Below, piece by piece: positions 8,780-18,626 of a stretch of 64,000 bases of DNA. The DNA is from a virus: positions 3,783-67,782 of IMG/VR virus record IMGVR_UViG_3300027881_000011; one strand, given 5' to 3'. Made by a program: the position numbers and the translations under genes. The notes beneath the pieces are model-generated. The model worked only from the letters and a program-made list of their open reading frames with translations. It made no database searches and was not told where the DNA came from. Every line of letters begins with the position of its first letter. Position 1 is the first letter of the stretch.

Positions 8780-11193
8780 TGGCAAGACCAGAAAGCGATA
8801 TTGACTACGGGCGCTCACCGGAGATGCCGGGAGTTGACGACCCCGGTTACGACGGCATGGTCGGTGGCGCGATGGTGAAGCGTCGCGGTAATACTGCCAC
8901 GGTCGATTTCAATCCCGGCGCTGCACGCATGTCACAGGACGACAGCGATGAACACTCAGCGAACATCATGGATGAGCTTGATGAACGTGAGCAGGCAGAG
9001 CTGGCGAACAAGATCATCGAGTGGGTGGATGTCGATCTTGAGTCGCGTAAGGATTGGGAACAACGCATGGAGCAGGCCATGGAGTTACTGGGCCTGAACA
9101 ACGTGCCGTTCGATGAGCTGCCATTCGATGGGGCAAGCGCTGTGACGTACCCGGTCATTGGTGAAGCGGTAGTGCAGTTTCAGGCACGCGCCATTGAAGA
9201 GGTCTTCCCCTCTGAGGGACCAGTGAAGGTCAAAGTTGTCGGTGATATGACTCGCGAAAAGCAAGACCAGTCAGAGCGCGTCAAAAATCACATGAACTAC
9301 CAGATTCTGGATCAGGATCGCAGCTACTTCTGGCACGTCGATCAAATGCTTTTCATGCTGCCGCTTGGTGGGTCTGCGTTCAAGAAGACGTACTTCGATC
9401 CGATCCCAGAGATGGTGGTAAGTCGCTTCGTGCAGTCACCTGACTTCATTGTGCCCTACATTGCGACGGACCTTGCGTCCGCACCACGTTACACGCATCG
9501 CATGTACAAGAACGAATCGGAGATGAAGAAGCTCTTCGAGTCTGGCTTCTATCGAGAGATCGAGTTGCCGAAGGTGACGCCGTATTCCGCCGACACCATT
9601 GATGATCGTGAACATGAGCATCGTGATACGGCAGACAGTCGTTCTGCTGATACGCACCCGGATGACAGCGTGTACACAGTACTGGAGTGCCACTGTGATC
9701 TGGAGTTCGAGTTTGATCAGGAAGCGTATGACAAGGCATCGCCGTTACCGTATATCGCCACCGTGGAGCGTGAGACTCGCAAAGTGTTGTCGATCAGGCG
9801 GAACTGGAAAGAAGGTGATCTGTTAGCCCTAAAGCGCATGTGGTTCACGCATTACAAGTACCTGCCGGGATTCGGCTTCTACGGCTTCGGTCTACTGCAT
9901 CTTATCGGCTCGGTGGCAGAGGCAACCAGTGGCACCATCAGGGCACTGCTGGACTCGGCTGCGTTTGCGAACATGCAGGGTGGCTACGTCTCCAGTGATG
10001 CCAAGATGCAACCGGGCGACGAACACATCGCACCGGGCGTCTACAAACAAGTCAACATGACAGCTGAAGAGCTGAATAAAGCGTTCTACACGCCACCGTT
10101 CAAAGACCCATCGCCTGCACTGGCGCAGCTGTTCGAGTTGCTGCTGGATGCTGGCAAATCATTCTCGTCAAGCACCGAGGTGCTGACTGGCGAGGCTACG
10201 AATACTGGTCCGGTGGGTACAACCATCGCTCTCATAGAACAGGGCAGCAAGCCCTTCTCAGCAATCCATCGTCGCCTGCATATGGCGGCTGCTGAAGAGT
10301 TCAAACTCCGAGGCGAGCTGAACTATGAGTTCCTGCCGGACCGGTACCCTTACAAAGTTGAGGATGATAAGTCGGTGGTCATGCGTAATGACTACGATGG
10401 TCGTGTTGATGTCATCCCGATCAGTGACCCGAACATCTTCAGCTCGACGCAGCGCATCGCACAGGGACAGGCGCTGGTCGAACTGTCTGATTCACATCCG
10501 CAAATCTACAACCAGATGGAATGCCATGAGCGTTTCCTGCGAGCGATCCGCATCCCCGACTATGAGCAGGTGTTGCAGAAGCAAGAACCGATCAGGGTAG
10601 ACCCTGTGCAGGAGAACATGAAGATGCTTCAGGCACAGGGAGCGCAGGCATTCATCGATCAGGACCACGATGCACACATACAGGTGCATATGAACTTCCT
10701 CAACGGGCTCAACGAGGAAGCGCTGGAACAAATGGGTCCGATCATGCAGGCGCACTTAGCCGAACACTTCGCCTTCAAATACTTCGTGGAGATGCAACGC
10801 CAGATGGGTGGTCAGTTGCCGCAGCCGGGATCGTATGGTCCAGAGCAGCCGCTTGACCCGCAGATGGAGATGCAAATCGCACAGATGGCAGCACAAGTGC
10901 CGCAGATTCAGATCATGCCGCCAGCTGAAGAAGAGGGAGATGATTTCGAGCGCGAGCAGGCACGCCTCGATGATGCGCATGAGCGTGATCAAATGCGTAA
11001 GGACGAAGCCGCGATGGCCGATATCAGTCGCAAAGAGCTGGACGCGATGAGCAAGGACCAACGCGATAACTTCATAGCACGACAGAAGGAAGCTCGTGAA
11101 GCAAGGGCCAACGAAGCCAAGATCGAAAGAGAAAATAAACTGGCAGCAGCAAAGGCTGCGACAGCGAAAAAGGCACAGAGTGGAAAGCGTTAA
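8779..11193 (+). CDS. Portal protein
   Basis: Follows terL. Podovirus portal motifs (PFDGAS, FQARA, LPLGGSAFKK, PGFGFYGFG, PVGTTIALIEQG, IPISDPN). Confidence 0.9.
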   Translation: MARPESDIDYGRSPEMPGVDDPGYDGMVGGAMVKRRGNTATVDFNPGAARMSQDDSDEHSANIMDELDEREQAELANKIIEWVDVDLESRKDWEQRMEQAMELLGLNNVPFDELPFDGASAVTYPVIGEAVVQFQARAIEEVFPSEGPVKVKVVGDMTREKQDQSERVKNHMNYQILDQDRSYFWHVDQMLFMLPLGGSAFKKTYFDPIPEMVVSRFVQSPDFIVPYIATDLASAPRYTHRMYKNESEMKKLFESGFYREIELPKVTPYSADTIDDREHEHRDTADSRSADTHPDDSVYTVLECHCDLEFEFDQEAYDKASPLPYIATVERETRKVLSIRRNWKEGDLLALKRMWFTHYKYLPGFGFYGFGLLHLIGSVAEATSGTIRALLDSAAFANMQGGYVSSDAKMQPGDEHIAPGVYKQVNMTAEELNKAFYTPPFKDPSPALAQLFELLLDAGKSFSSSTEVLTGEATNTGPVGTTIALIEQGSKPFSAIHRRLHMAAAEEFKLRGELNYEFLPDRYPYKVEDDKSVVMRNDYDGRVDVIPISDPNIFSSTQRIAQGQALVELSDSHPQIYNQMECHERFLRAIRIPDYEQVLQKQEPIRVDPVQENMKMLQAQGAQAFIDQDHDAHIQVHMNFLNGLNEEALEQMGPIMQAHLAEHFAFKYFVEMQRQMGGQLPQPGSYGPEQPLDPQMEMQIAQMAAQVPQIQIMPPAEEEGDDFEREQARLDDAHERDQMRKDEAAMADISRKELDAMSKDQRDNFIARQKEAREARANEAKIERENKLAAAKAATAKKAQSGKR

Positions 11194-11362
11194 ACCCAAA
11201 GACGTTCGTGCCGCACGCGAGTTCCTGCGTAAGCGTGGAGTTCGTGGTGTTTCCCCTCGACAATTCGCCCGTTCCGCACAGGAGACCGGCGCAAACTATC
11301 AAACACTGCTCGATAAACTAGCAGGCGTAGCAAGGAGAAAGTTAGATGCACGTAACAGTTAA
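11180..11362 (+). CDS. Small basic hypothetical protein
   Basis: GTG start overlapping the portal 3' end; fills the gap to the next gene. Confidence 0.5.
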   Translation: MESVKPKDVRAAREFLRKRGVRGVSPRQFARSAQETGANYQTLLDKLAGVARRKLDARNS

Positions 11363-11585
11363 GAAGTTCGTGAAAGACCTGAAGCAGGTCATTGCTCAGG
11401 AAGCGGGTGGCAAGTCCCTGCAACTTGGTAAGGGGCAGTGCGCAAACATGGAAGAGTACAAGCGTGCGGTTGGTTGGATCGCTGGGCTGAACGACGCTGG
11501 TGCTCTCGCTGACAGGATGATGCGCCAGATCGAAGAAATGGACGACGACGATGATGGGTTGCCGAAGATGGGTGACCAAAAATGA
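11346..11585 (+). CDS. Small head-region hypothetical protein
   Basis: AGGAG RBS; YKxxVGxIxGL pattern typical of the gene between portal and GroES-like gene in such phages. Confidence 0.6.
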   Translation: MHVTVKKFVKDLKQVIAQEAGGKSLQLGKGQCANMEEYKRAVGWIAGLNDAGALADRMMRQIEEMDDDDDGLPKMGDQK

Positions 11586-11980
11586 CAGAGGTAGAGTTCA
11601 AGAAACCGAAGGTTGATATCGAAGTCGTTTTGCCAGTGACACCGATAGGCTGGCGTGTGTTGATTCGGCCTTTCAAGCCGTCGAAGACATACGGCGAAGC
11701 AGAGATCGAAGTACCGGATGAGGCGCTGGAATCAGAAGAGCTGTTGACCTGTGTCGGTGAGATTGTCGCCATGGGGGAGCAGTGCTTCACTGCGGTGACT
11801 CGCTCAGGTATCGAGATGTCGAAGATCAATCCGAGACCGAAAGTCGGAGATTGGATCATGTATGGCACCTATGGTGGGCAAACAATCCGCACCAAGGCTG
11901 GTGTCAAGTATTTGATTATGAACGATGACGGCATCATGGGCATCGTTGAAGACCCGGCAAGTTTCCGGGCGTATCTATAA
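11582..11980 (+). CDS. GroES/Cpn10-like co-chaperonin
   Basis: PIGWRVLIRP, GEIVAMG, KVGDWIMY..YGG, YLIMNDDGIMG match the Cpn10 fold pattern. Confidence 0.85.
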   Translation: MTEVEFKKPKVDIEVVLPVTPIGWRVLIRPFKPSKTYGEAEIEVPDEALESEELLTCVGEIVAMGEQCFTAVTRSGIEMSKINPRPKVGDWIMYGTYGGQTIRTKAGVKYLIMNDDGIMGIVEDPASFRAYL

Positions 11981-11992
11981 CAGGGGTATACT

Positions 11993-13045
11993 ATGGGACA
12001 GGAAAATGAAATTGTCTTTGAAGACCTTCATGGGGTCAATGAAGACGAGCCGGTAACGGTAGATTTGGACGCTGCCTCGAAAGACGATGGCATCACGCGC
12101 ACTCCCGCTGATCAAGCGGCAGGCGACGATGCCACGGACGACGACAGCATTGAAATTGATGGCCTGCGGTCCGCAGATAAAGACGACGATGAGTCGTTGT
12201 CTGCCGACACACAGACTGACGATGACGATGATGCAAGTAAGGGTGGCGAAGATGATGACTACTCGAAGAAGGTCAAGGCACGCATCGGACGAGAGCGCCG
12301 CGCTAAGCGTAAGGCGCAGCAGGAAGCAGGTTACTGGAAAAGCCAAGCTGAGAAGCTCGCAAAGGATCAGTACGAGGGTGACAAGACCAGACTGAAGGGA
12401 GACATCGAACAGGCCGACGCTCAGATCGAGAACACACAGGCCCAACTCGAAACAGCTATCGAGGATGGGAAAACCAAGGATCAGGTACGTCTGACTACTC
12501 AGCTGAATAATCAGACCGCTGTGAAAGTTCGATCTGAGGTCGCCTTAGAGAATTTATCAGAGAGTGGTAATGTACAGCCGTTCGATGATAAAGTTGCATC
12601 ACCGAAAGCCAAAGATCAGTCGAAGGCTGATCAATGGATGGACGATAGAGCGGATTGGTACGGCGCGAAGGGCTTTGAACGCCAGACGCGCCTTGCCAAC
12701 CGGCTCGACAAAGAAGTGTACAAGGAAGGTTACGAGCTGGAGACAGACGAGTACTTTGAAGAACTCGACCGTCGAATCAAGGAAGCAGCACCTGAATTGT
12801 ATGATGACGCTGGATCAGCTGCCGACGATTCACCGCCGCGCAAGGACAAACGACCAACACGGTCACCCGTTGCGCCGGTAAGTGGAAACGAATCACGTCG
12901 CCAGTCATCCAGTAGCAGCAAGGTCGAACTTGGAGAGAGCGATTTCGCGAACATGCGACGTTTCGGACTGGACACGAAAGACCCAAATGTCCTGAGAGAG
13001 TACGCCGCGAACAAACGTGAAGCCGACCAAGGAGATCAGAGATGA
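11993..13045 (+). CDS. Capsid scaffolding protein (putative)
   Basis: Acidic N-terminus, coiled coil, YSKKVKARI and DEYFEELDRRI motifs, upstream of capsid genes. Confidence 0.7.
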   Translation: MGQENEIVFEDLHGVNEDEPVTVDLDAASKDDGITRTPADQAAGDDATDDDSIEIDGLRSADKDDDESLSADTQTDDDDDASKGGEDDDYSKKVKARIGRERRAKRKAQQEAGYWKSQAEKLAKDQYEGDKTRLKGDIEQADAQIENTQAQLETAIEDGKTKDQVRLTTQLNNQTAVKVRSEVALENLSESGNVQPFDDKVASPKAKDQSKADQWMDDRADWYGAKGFERQTRLANRLDKEVYKEGYELETDEYFEELDRRIKEAAPELYDDAGSAADDSPPRKDKRPTRSPVAPVSGNESRRQSSSSSKVELGESDFANMRRFGLDTKDPNVLREYAANKREADQGDQR

Positions 13046-13596
13046 CAGCTGCAAAGAAAAAAGTAAGCAAGAAGGTAGCACCGAAGCCCGCTGTTACCAC
13101 CCATGGCACAGACCATGGACACGAATCTCGTGTGGACGAGATGTCGGAGTACGATGCCACCCACCAAACAGAGTCAACTCCATGGATTCGTCCATCGAGT
13201 TTAGATGCTCCACCAGCGCAAGAAGGCATGACGCAACGCTGGGTCAGGAAGTCTCTGCGAGGTGCGGATGACCCGAAGAATTTGAACCGTACTTGGCGAG
13301 AAGGGTGGCGTCCGCGTGACCCATCAACCTTGTCAGAAGAGTGGCGCGTCTATGCCACTTTTGCGAACAGTTCCGAGGGCATGATCGTGGTGGATGATCT
13401 CATCTTGATGGAGATCGACTCCGAAGTCCTCGCGAGACGGAAGCAAGCTATTGCGCAAGCGACAGCCAGTCAAATGCGCTCCGTTGAACATGACCTTGAG
13501 TCGGCCCAGATAGCGGGTCATCCGATTGTTAAGGAACACAACACATCGGTGACACACCCGCCTGTCAAAGTGCAGAGGGTAGCCGATGATGAGTGA
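13042..13596 (+). CDS. Conserved head-region protein
   Basis: PWIRPSSLDAPPAQEG..RWVR..REGW motif; ATGA overlap. Confidence 0.65.
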   Translation: MTAAKKKVSKKVAPKPAVTTHGTDHGHESRVDEMSEYDATHQTESTPWIRPSSLDAPPAQEGMTQRWVRKSLRGADDPKNLNRTWREGWRPRDPSTLSEEWRVYATFANSSEGMIVVDDLILMEIDSEVLARRKQAIAQATASQMRSVEHDLESAQIAGHPIVKEHNTSVTHPPVKVQRVADDE

Positions 13597-13607
13597 GGTA
13601 ATGTTCA

Positions 13608-14201
13608 ATGGCAAATATCGACGCACCTAACGGGTTTATACCAACCCGGCACTTAAAAGGTGGGACGATGCGATACGATGGTGGCTACACCATTGCATCC
13701 GCGCTGGCTGAAGACATCTTCCTTGGCGATGTGGTAGTAACCACTGGCTCTGGCACCAACATCCGACTGGCTGTTGGTGGTCCGACATCACCCGACACAG
13801 ACATTCTGGGCGTCTTCGCAGGCGCTCAGTATGTCGATGCGAACGGTGACGTTCGTTGGGTCAAACAGTGGGTCTCTGGCACCGTCACCGCAGGAAGTGT
13901 TGATGCTGAAGCGTTCGTCTTCACTGATCCCGATGTCATCTTTACCGCTCAACTGTCCGGCAGCATCACCGCCGCTGACATTGGGCAGTTGGTTGACTTT
14001 CTCACCGCATCGCAGGCCAACGGCAACGCTGCCACCGGCATCTCTGGTGCGGAGATTGAGGCAGTCTTCACAGGCGGCACGCAATTCAAGATTCATCGTC
14101 TTGCGACCGCACCAGATGGCATCTTCCCGGCAGACATCTCTGCCGCTAACCCGCGTCTTGAAGTGAGCATCGTTGGCTCAACTCATGGCGTAGCAGTCTA
14201 A
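13608..14201 (+). CDS. Capsid decoration/cement-like protein
   Basis: MANIDAPNGFIP start, beta-rich, directly upstream of the major capsid gene; GAGG RBS. Confidence 0.6.
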   Translation: MANIDAPNGFIPTRHLKGGTMRYDGGYTIASALAEDIFLGDVVVTTGSGTNIRLAVGGPTSPDTDILGVFAGAQYVDANGDVRWVKQWVSGTVTAGSVDAEAFVFTDPDVIFTAQLSGSITAADIGQLVDFLTASQANGNAATGISGAEIEAVFTGGTQFKIHRLATAPDGIFPADISAANPRLEVSIVGSTHGVAV

Positions 14202-14214
14202 GGGGGCGTAACTA

Positions 14215-15129
14215 ATGGCTATCATGAATCGCGCTCGCTTTAGGAAGCAGCTACAGGAAGGTCTCAACACCGTGTTCGGTCTGGAATACAGACGCTACGA
14301 ACAAGAGTGGAGACCTATTTTCGCAGTCGAAAATTCTCAGAAAGCGTATGAGGAAGACGTGTTGCTCGCTGGTCTGGCAGGTGCGCCTGTTAAGCCAGAA
14401 GGCGCTCCGGTCAGCTATGATCAGGGCGGCGAAGCGTACGTCTCTCGCTACGTCCATGAGACGATTGCGCTCGCATTCAGCCTGACGGAAGAAGCCGAGG
14501 AAGACGGACTGTATGGTTCGTTCGGCTCCAAGTACAGCAAGGCTCTCGCACGTTCGATGCAACACACCAAGGAAGTTAAAGGTGCTGCAATCCTGAACAA
14601 CGGCTTCGACTCTGCCTTCCCCGGTGGTGACGGAGTTGAGTTGTTCTCGGTACTGCATCCGCTCTTCGGCGGTGGCACGCAAGCGAACACGTTCAGCACG
14701 CAAGCTGATCTCTCTGAGACTTCCCTTGAGGAAGCCTGCATTGCGATCAGCAAGTTCGTGGACGAACGGTCGATCCCGATTGCCGTACGTGTCCAGAAGC
14801 TGATTGTCCCACCCGATCTGATGTTTGTGGCAGAACGTCTGTTGATGTCTCCGTACCGTCCCGGTTCGGCTGACAACGACATCAATGCCATCAAGAAGAT
14901 GGGTATGGTTCCCGGTGGTTGCTACAAGAACCATCGGCTCACCGACCCGAGCGCTTGGCATCTGATCACTGATCAGCAGGACGGTCTGAAGCACATGGTC
15001 AGGAAGAACATCCAACGTGGACTCGAAGGCGACTTCGAGACCGGCAACATGCGATACAAGTCGCGTGAACGCTATTCGTTCGGATGGTCGGACTACCGTG
15101 GTAGCTTCGCAAGTTCCGGCAGCTCGTAA
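14215..15129 (+). CDS. Major capsid protein
   Basis: MAIMNRA..QLQEGLNTVFGLEY, HETIALAFSLTEEA, LARSMQHTKE, DFETGNMRYKSRERYSFGWSD. Confidence 0.9.
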   Translation: MAIMNRARFRKQLQEGLNTVFGLEYRRYEQEWRPIFAVENSQKAYEEDVLLAGLAGAPVKPEGAPVSYDQGGEAYVSRYVHETIALAFSLTEEAEEDGLYGSFGSKYSKALARSMQHTKEVKGAAILNNGFDSAFPGGDGVELFSVLHPLFGGGTQANTFSTQADLSETSLEEACIAISKFVDERSIPIAVRVQKLIVPPDLMFVAERLLMSPYRPGSADNDINAIKKMGMVPGGCYKNHRLTDPSAWHLITDQQDGLKHMVRKNIQRGLEGDFETGNMRYKSRERYSFGWSDYRGSFASSGSS

Positions 15130-15137
15130 GCAAAATC

Positions 15138-15198
15138 GAGTGGGGCTGAAAGGGATGCCGAGGTATTCCGCTGGTGAGAAACCAGCCAGCCCCATCTC
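15138..15198 (+). promoter_or_regulatory. Three-way-junction RNA element after the capsid gene
   Basis: TGGGGCTG/CAGCCCCA encloses hairpins GGGATGC-CGAG-GTATTCC and GCTGGT-GAGAA-ACCAGC; no U-tract. Confidence 0.5.
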
Positions 15199-15233
15199 AC
15201 CCTGACGACTCGTAAGAGACTGGAGACAGACAG

Positions 15234-15704
15234 ATGGGTAAGAGAAGCACAGTAACAGGCTATTGGCGTGCCAAGGGCGCGACAGAAGCCAGTGGAAGTA
15301 GGATACCGGGACCAGCAGTCGCAGTACTGCCGGTCGTTTTGCAAATCAAAGACCTCGATGCCACGGTTGATGCTGGCACGTTGACTGGCAAGTTCTTGCC
15401 GATTGGCGCTATACCGCTTGCGGTACATGTGCTTGGCGGTGGTACTGGTGGTACGGCACCGATTCTCGATGTTGGCCTTGAGCTTTTAACGCCGGACGAT
15501 AACGGTCTGGCTGACGGCTTGACATACGACGCCACGGATATGGCTGATGTAATCACCAAAGCTGGAGTTCTGCTTGGCACTATCCTCACGGAGCAGGCTG
15601 AAGTCACATACGGCGATGACGGTGTTGGTACGAACAACACTGGTGGCACGGTTGACATCCTCATCACGTACACATTCGATGATGATGGCAAACTGAACGA
15701 CTAA
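15234..15704 (+). CDS. Virion structural protein
   Basis: GGAG RBS; beta-rich; position after capsid gene. Confidence 0.6.
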   Translation: MGKRSTVTGYWRAKGATEASGSRIPGPAVAVLPVVLQIKDLDATVDAGTLTGKFLPIGAIPLAVHVLGGGTGGTAPILDVGLELLTPDDNGLADGLTYDATDMADVITKAGVLLGTILTEQAEVTYGDDGVGTNNTGGTVDILITYTFDDDGKLND

Positions 15705-15715
15705 GGGGGTGAGTC

Positions 15716-16081
15716 ATGGGACACACCCGTAAAAGGCCAATTACTGGTACTACGCCTACGGGCGTGGGTATCAAGTACATTATCGTTGAAGCAGGGCACG
15801 TTGATGATACGAGCATTCGGGTCATCGCGAACGGTACGGTTACGTTCACTGTTGACTCGACGTACGAGAACATTTTGTACGACGCGACAGCAAAGGCTGC
15901 GATCAACATAGGCAATCCAAACGAGCGCTATGTTGCACCTACAGATGCGGTGTGGAAAAACGAGATTGCATCCGGCTCTGTTACTGCGACAACTTTGTTG
16001 CAGAGTGAGCCAATCTTCGCTATTCGCATCAACATCACGGCTGGTACTGGCTCGGTAACGTACACGATATTGCAGGCATAA
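15716..16081 (+). CDS. Virion structural protein
   Basis: C-terminal AIRINITAGTGSVTYTILQA typical of small beta-sandwich virion proteins. Confidence 0.6.
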   Translation: MGHTRKRPITGTTPTGVGIKYIIVEAGHVDDTSIRVIANGTVTFTVDSTYENILYDATAKAAINIGNPNERYVAPTDAVWKNEIASGSVTATTLLQSEPIFAIRINITAGTGSVTYTILQA

Positions 16082-16085
16082 CCTC

Positions 16086-16808
16086 ATGGCGACATCAGGG
16101 ACGTACATCTTTAATCCCGATCTCGCTGAGCTGGTTGATGAGGCCATGGAGCGGGCACGGATAGACCCGGCGCACATCACTGCGCGCCATATCCTGTCTG
16201 CGCGTCGTTCCATGCGCTTCATGTGTGCTGACTGGGCGACGAAGGATTACCACAACTTCCGCATCGTGGAAGAATCGTTTACGACTGTGCAGTCACAGCT
16301 GGAGTACGTGGCTGGTGTTGATTTCGACATCACAGACGTAAACCTCATCGACATCATCGATATGGTCCTGACCAGAACAGGCGTTGATACGCCGGTCATT
16401 CCATGGTCACGGCAGGACTACCTGAACATTCCTGAGAAGGACATCGAGGGTCGGCCTGATCGATGCTTCATCGATAAGCAACGTGACAAGCTGGTCCTCA
16501 AGTTCTGGCCGATACCAGAGAACTCGACCGACATCATCACGTTCAACGCACTGCGTAAGTTCGAGGACTTCGACACTGCCTCGGACAACGCTGATATCCC
16601 CTACTACATGTACGATTCGTTCGCTTACAGTTTGGCGTTCCGCATGGCAGAGAAGTTTTCGCCGCCAGAGTTGGAAGGCGCTCTGTACCAGAAGTCACAG
16701 AACGCATTCAGGGACGCGCAAAACGCCGTGCGTGAGCTTGGTGACGTGAGGATTGTGCCCACGTCGGCATCACGCAGGAGACGTGGCAGCGCAGGCAGGT
16801 ACCGATAA
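16086..16808 (+). CDS. Head-tail adaptor / tail tubular protein A-like
   Basis: MATSGT..F, SARRSM, SRQDYLNIPEK..GRP, WPIP motifs. Confidence 0.7.
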   Translation: MATSGTYIFNPDLAELVDEAMERARIDPAHITARHILSARRSMRFMCADWATKDYHNFRIVEESFTTVQSQLEYVAGVDFDITDVNLIDIIDMVLTRTGVDTPVIPWSRQDYLNIPEKDIEGRPDRCFIDKQRDKLVLKFWPIPENSTDIITFNALRKFEDFDTASDNADIPYYMYDSFAYSLAFRMAEKFSPPELEGALYQKSQNAFRDAQNAVRELGDVRIVPTSASRRRRGSAGRYR

Positions 16809-17365
16809 TGGCTGGGCGCTCGTACGCAAAAGGGAAGAACGCAGTTGCTGAGTGCCAGCGTTCAGGGCAGAAGATGAAGTACCGCGATCTGGTCGAGGAC
16901 GGTCACGTTCCCGGCCTGCTGGTGCATCCCACTTGGTGGGAGCCCAAACACCCGCAAGAGATACCCGTCACCATCACCGATCCGATAGCACTGTACCGGC
17001 CAGCACCGGAGATATCGGTTGAGGAAGGCTACGGTTTGCCTGACGGTATCGGGCTTAACTCTTGCCCGCCAGAACCGAACTTGCTGCACCCACCGACAGG
17101 CACGATTGCTGAAGCGTTGGTTGGTGCTGAGCGACAAATCGTCGTGGACAGTGCAGTGAAGTACAACTTCGGTGAGTGTGTGTATGTGGAGCTGGATGGC
17201 GGTGGTTGGTTTGTCTCGAAGATCAGAACTGAGGCTGACGCACCATCCTTCACCGTGCCGTTCAATGTGGAGTTCACTGGTGTTGCTGCGATTGGTAACG
17301 ACTATTACATCGGATACGTATTCGATAACTCATTCAGTGCTGACTTCAGCGCGGAGTTCGACTAA
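16808..17365 (+). CDS. Tail-region protein
   Basis: N-terminal YAKGKNAVAECQRSG...WEPKHPQ motif with a C-terminal extension. Confidence 0.6.
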   Translation: MAGRSYAKGKNAVAECQRSGQKMKYRDLVEDGHVPGLLVHPTWWEPKHPQEIPVTITDPIALYRPAPEISVEEGYGLPDGIGLNSCPPEPNLLHPPTGTIAEALVGAERQIVVDSAVKYNFGECVYVELDGGGWFVSKIRTEADAPSFTVPFNVEFTGVAAIGNDYYIGYVFDNSFSADFSAEFD

Positions 17366-17967
17366 TGGTAGACACTGTAAGAACAGAGGCCGAACTGCAA
17401 ACCATCTTCGCTGATGGTCAGGCAGAGGGCGCGATCACACCACAGGACGTGCGCGACTTGGTGGTCAGTTCACCGTATCTGGCGAATCAGGCATGGGACT
17501 TTCATCTTGATGGCACTTACACGGTGGGCTCACCAAGAACCATACTGGCAGGCATACGCACACAGGTAACCATCGATGGTACTGGTGAAGACACCGGACA
17601 TCCTGAGACAACTCACGGTCCTGCGAATCATTTCTGGGATGTGACCCTGAATAAGCTGGTGCCGAACGGACTGAATAATTTCGGCATGGTGCGACTGGCA
17701 TTCACAGGACAGTCAACAGCTGCCCCAACGAATCGTTTTGAAGTGGAGCTGGATGTCGGTGGTGGAGCATTCCCTGTCATCTATCAGCAGACCGGCGTGT
17801 TTGCGAAAGGCGCTGGCAGTCCACAGTACTTCAACTTCGTTATCCCATTGTTCTCTGGTGCTGACTTTCAGACCAACGGTGGCACGTTCTACGTCACGCC
17901 GCTGGCTGATGCGACGTTCTGGACATTCGCAATCACTGCTGTGCAAATCTATGGAGCTGCACCTTGA
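17365..17967 (+). CDS. Putative tail-associated protein
   Basis: TAATG coupling; GAITPQDVRD fibre-head-like N-terminus. Confidence 0.5.
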   Translation: MVDTVRTEAELQTIFADGQAEGAITPQDVRDLVVSSPYLANQAWDFHLDGTYTVGSPRTILAGIRTQVTIDGTGEDTGHPETTHGPANHFWDVTLNKLVPNGLNNFGMVRLAFTGQSTAAPTNRFEVELDVGGGAFPVIYQQTGVFAKGAGSPQYFNFVIPLFSGADFQTNGGTFYVTPLADATFWTFAITAVQIYGAAP

Positions 17968-18623
17968 GCAACAAAACGCACACTGAATTAGTAGCCAACC
18001 TGCAAGCATGGCTTGAGGATGACGACGGTGAGTTCACCGTCAGCATCGATGAGGTGCTTAACCTCGGTGAGATGCGCGTATGGAAAGACCTCGATCTGTC
18101 GATCTTCACCAGTGAAGACACGACGCCAACCGTACAGTCGAGTGAACTGGTAGCGAAGCCGACCGCTGACACCGAGCTGGTGAGCTTTCAGTCGCTGTGG
18201 TACGACAGCGGTGGTGTGCGAACCTTCCTTGAATTGCGCTCAACGGACTGGATCAGGGACTACCAAGACCCGGCAGCAACAGCAGCCCCGAGATTTTATT
18301 GTGAGTTGGAAGAGGCCAACTGGGCTGTCGCACCAATTCCAGATGCCGTGTACACGCTCAACACTCGTGGCACGACACGACCAACAGCACTGACTGCCGG
18401 TAACCCGACCACGTGGCTATCGTTGCATCAGGATGACCTGCTCTTCAAAGCCTGTCTGGCTGAGGCTGAGGGCTTCCTGAAGTCAGATGATCGCATTCCA
18501 GTATGGACCGAACAGTACACCGCCATGCTGCCGCTGGCGAAGCGAGAGTGCTACACGATGCTGCAAGAGCGTTACAACCTGACACCGCTTGAAGTTCCTG
18601 CGGTGCCGACGAACCAGAGGTAA
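17964..18623 (+). CDS. Second adaptor/tail tubular-like protein
   Basis: TTG start; APIPDAVY..TTWLS..DLLFKACLAEA motif. Confidence 0.6.
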   Translation: MSNKTHTELVANLQAWLEDDDGEFTVSIDEVLNLGEMRVWKDLDLSIFTSEDTTPTVQSSELVAKPTADTELVSFQSLWYDSGGVRTFLELRSTDWIRDYQDPAATAAPRFYCELEEANWAVAPIPDAVYTLNTRGTTRPTALTAGNPTTWLSLHQDDLLFKACLAEAEGFLKSDDRIPVWTEQYTAMLPLAKRECYTMLQERYNLTPLEVPAVPTNQR

Positions 18624-18626
18624 ACC

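Noticed and set aside
14251-15195. 314-aa antisense ORF over the capsid gene (also 44508-45311, 52393-53040 and similar)
   Set aside because: Shadow ORFs from codon bias opposite clearly assigned genes.
15202-15222. Hammerhead ribozyme (CTGACGA + hairpin)
   Set aside because: The required GAAA after stem II and stems I and III are absent.
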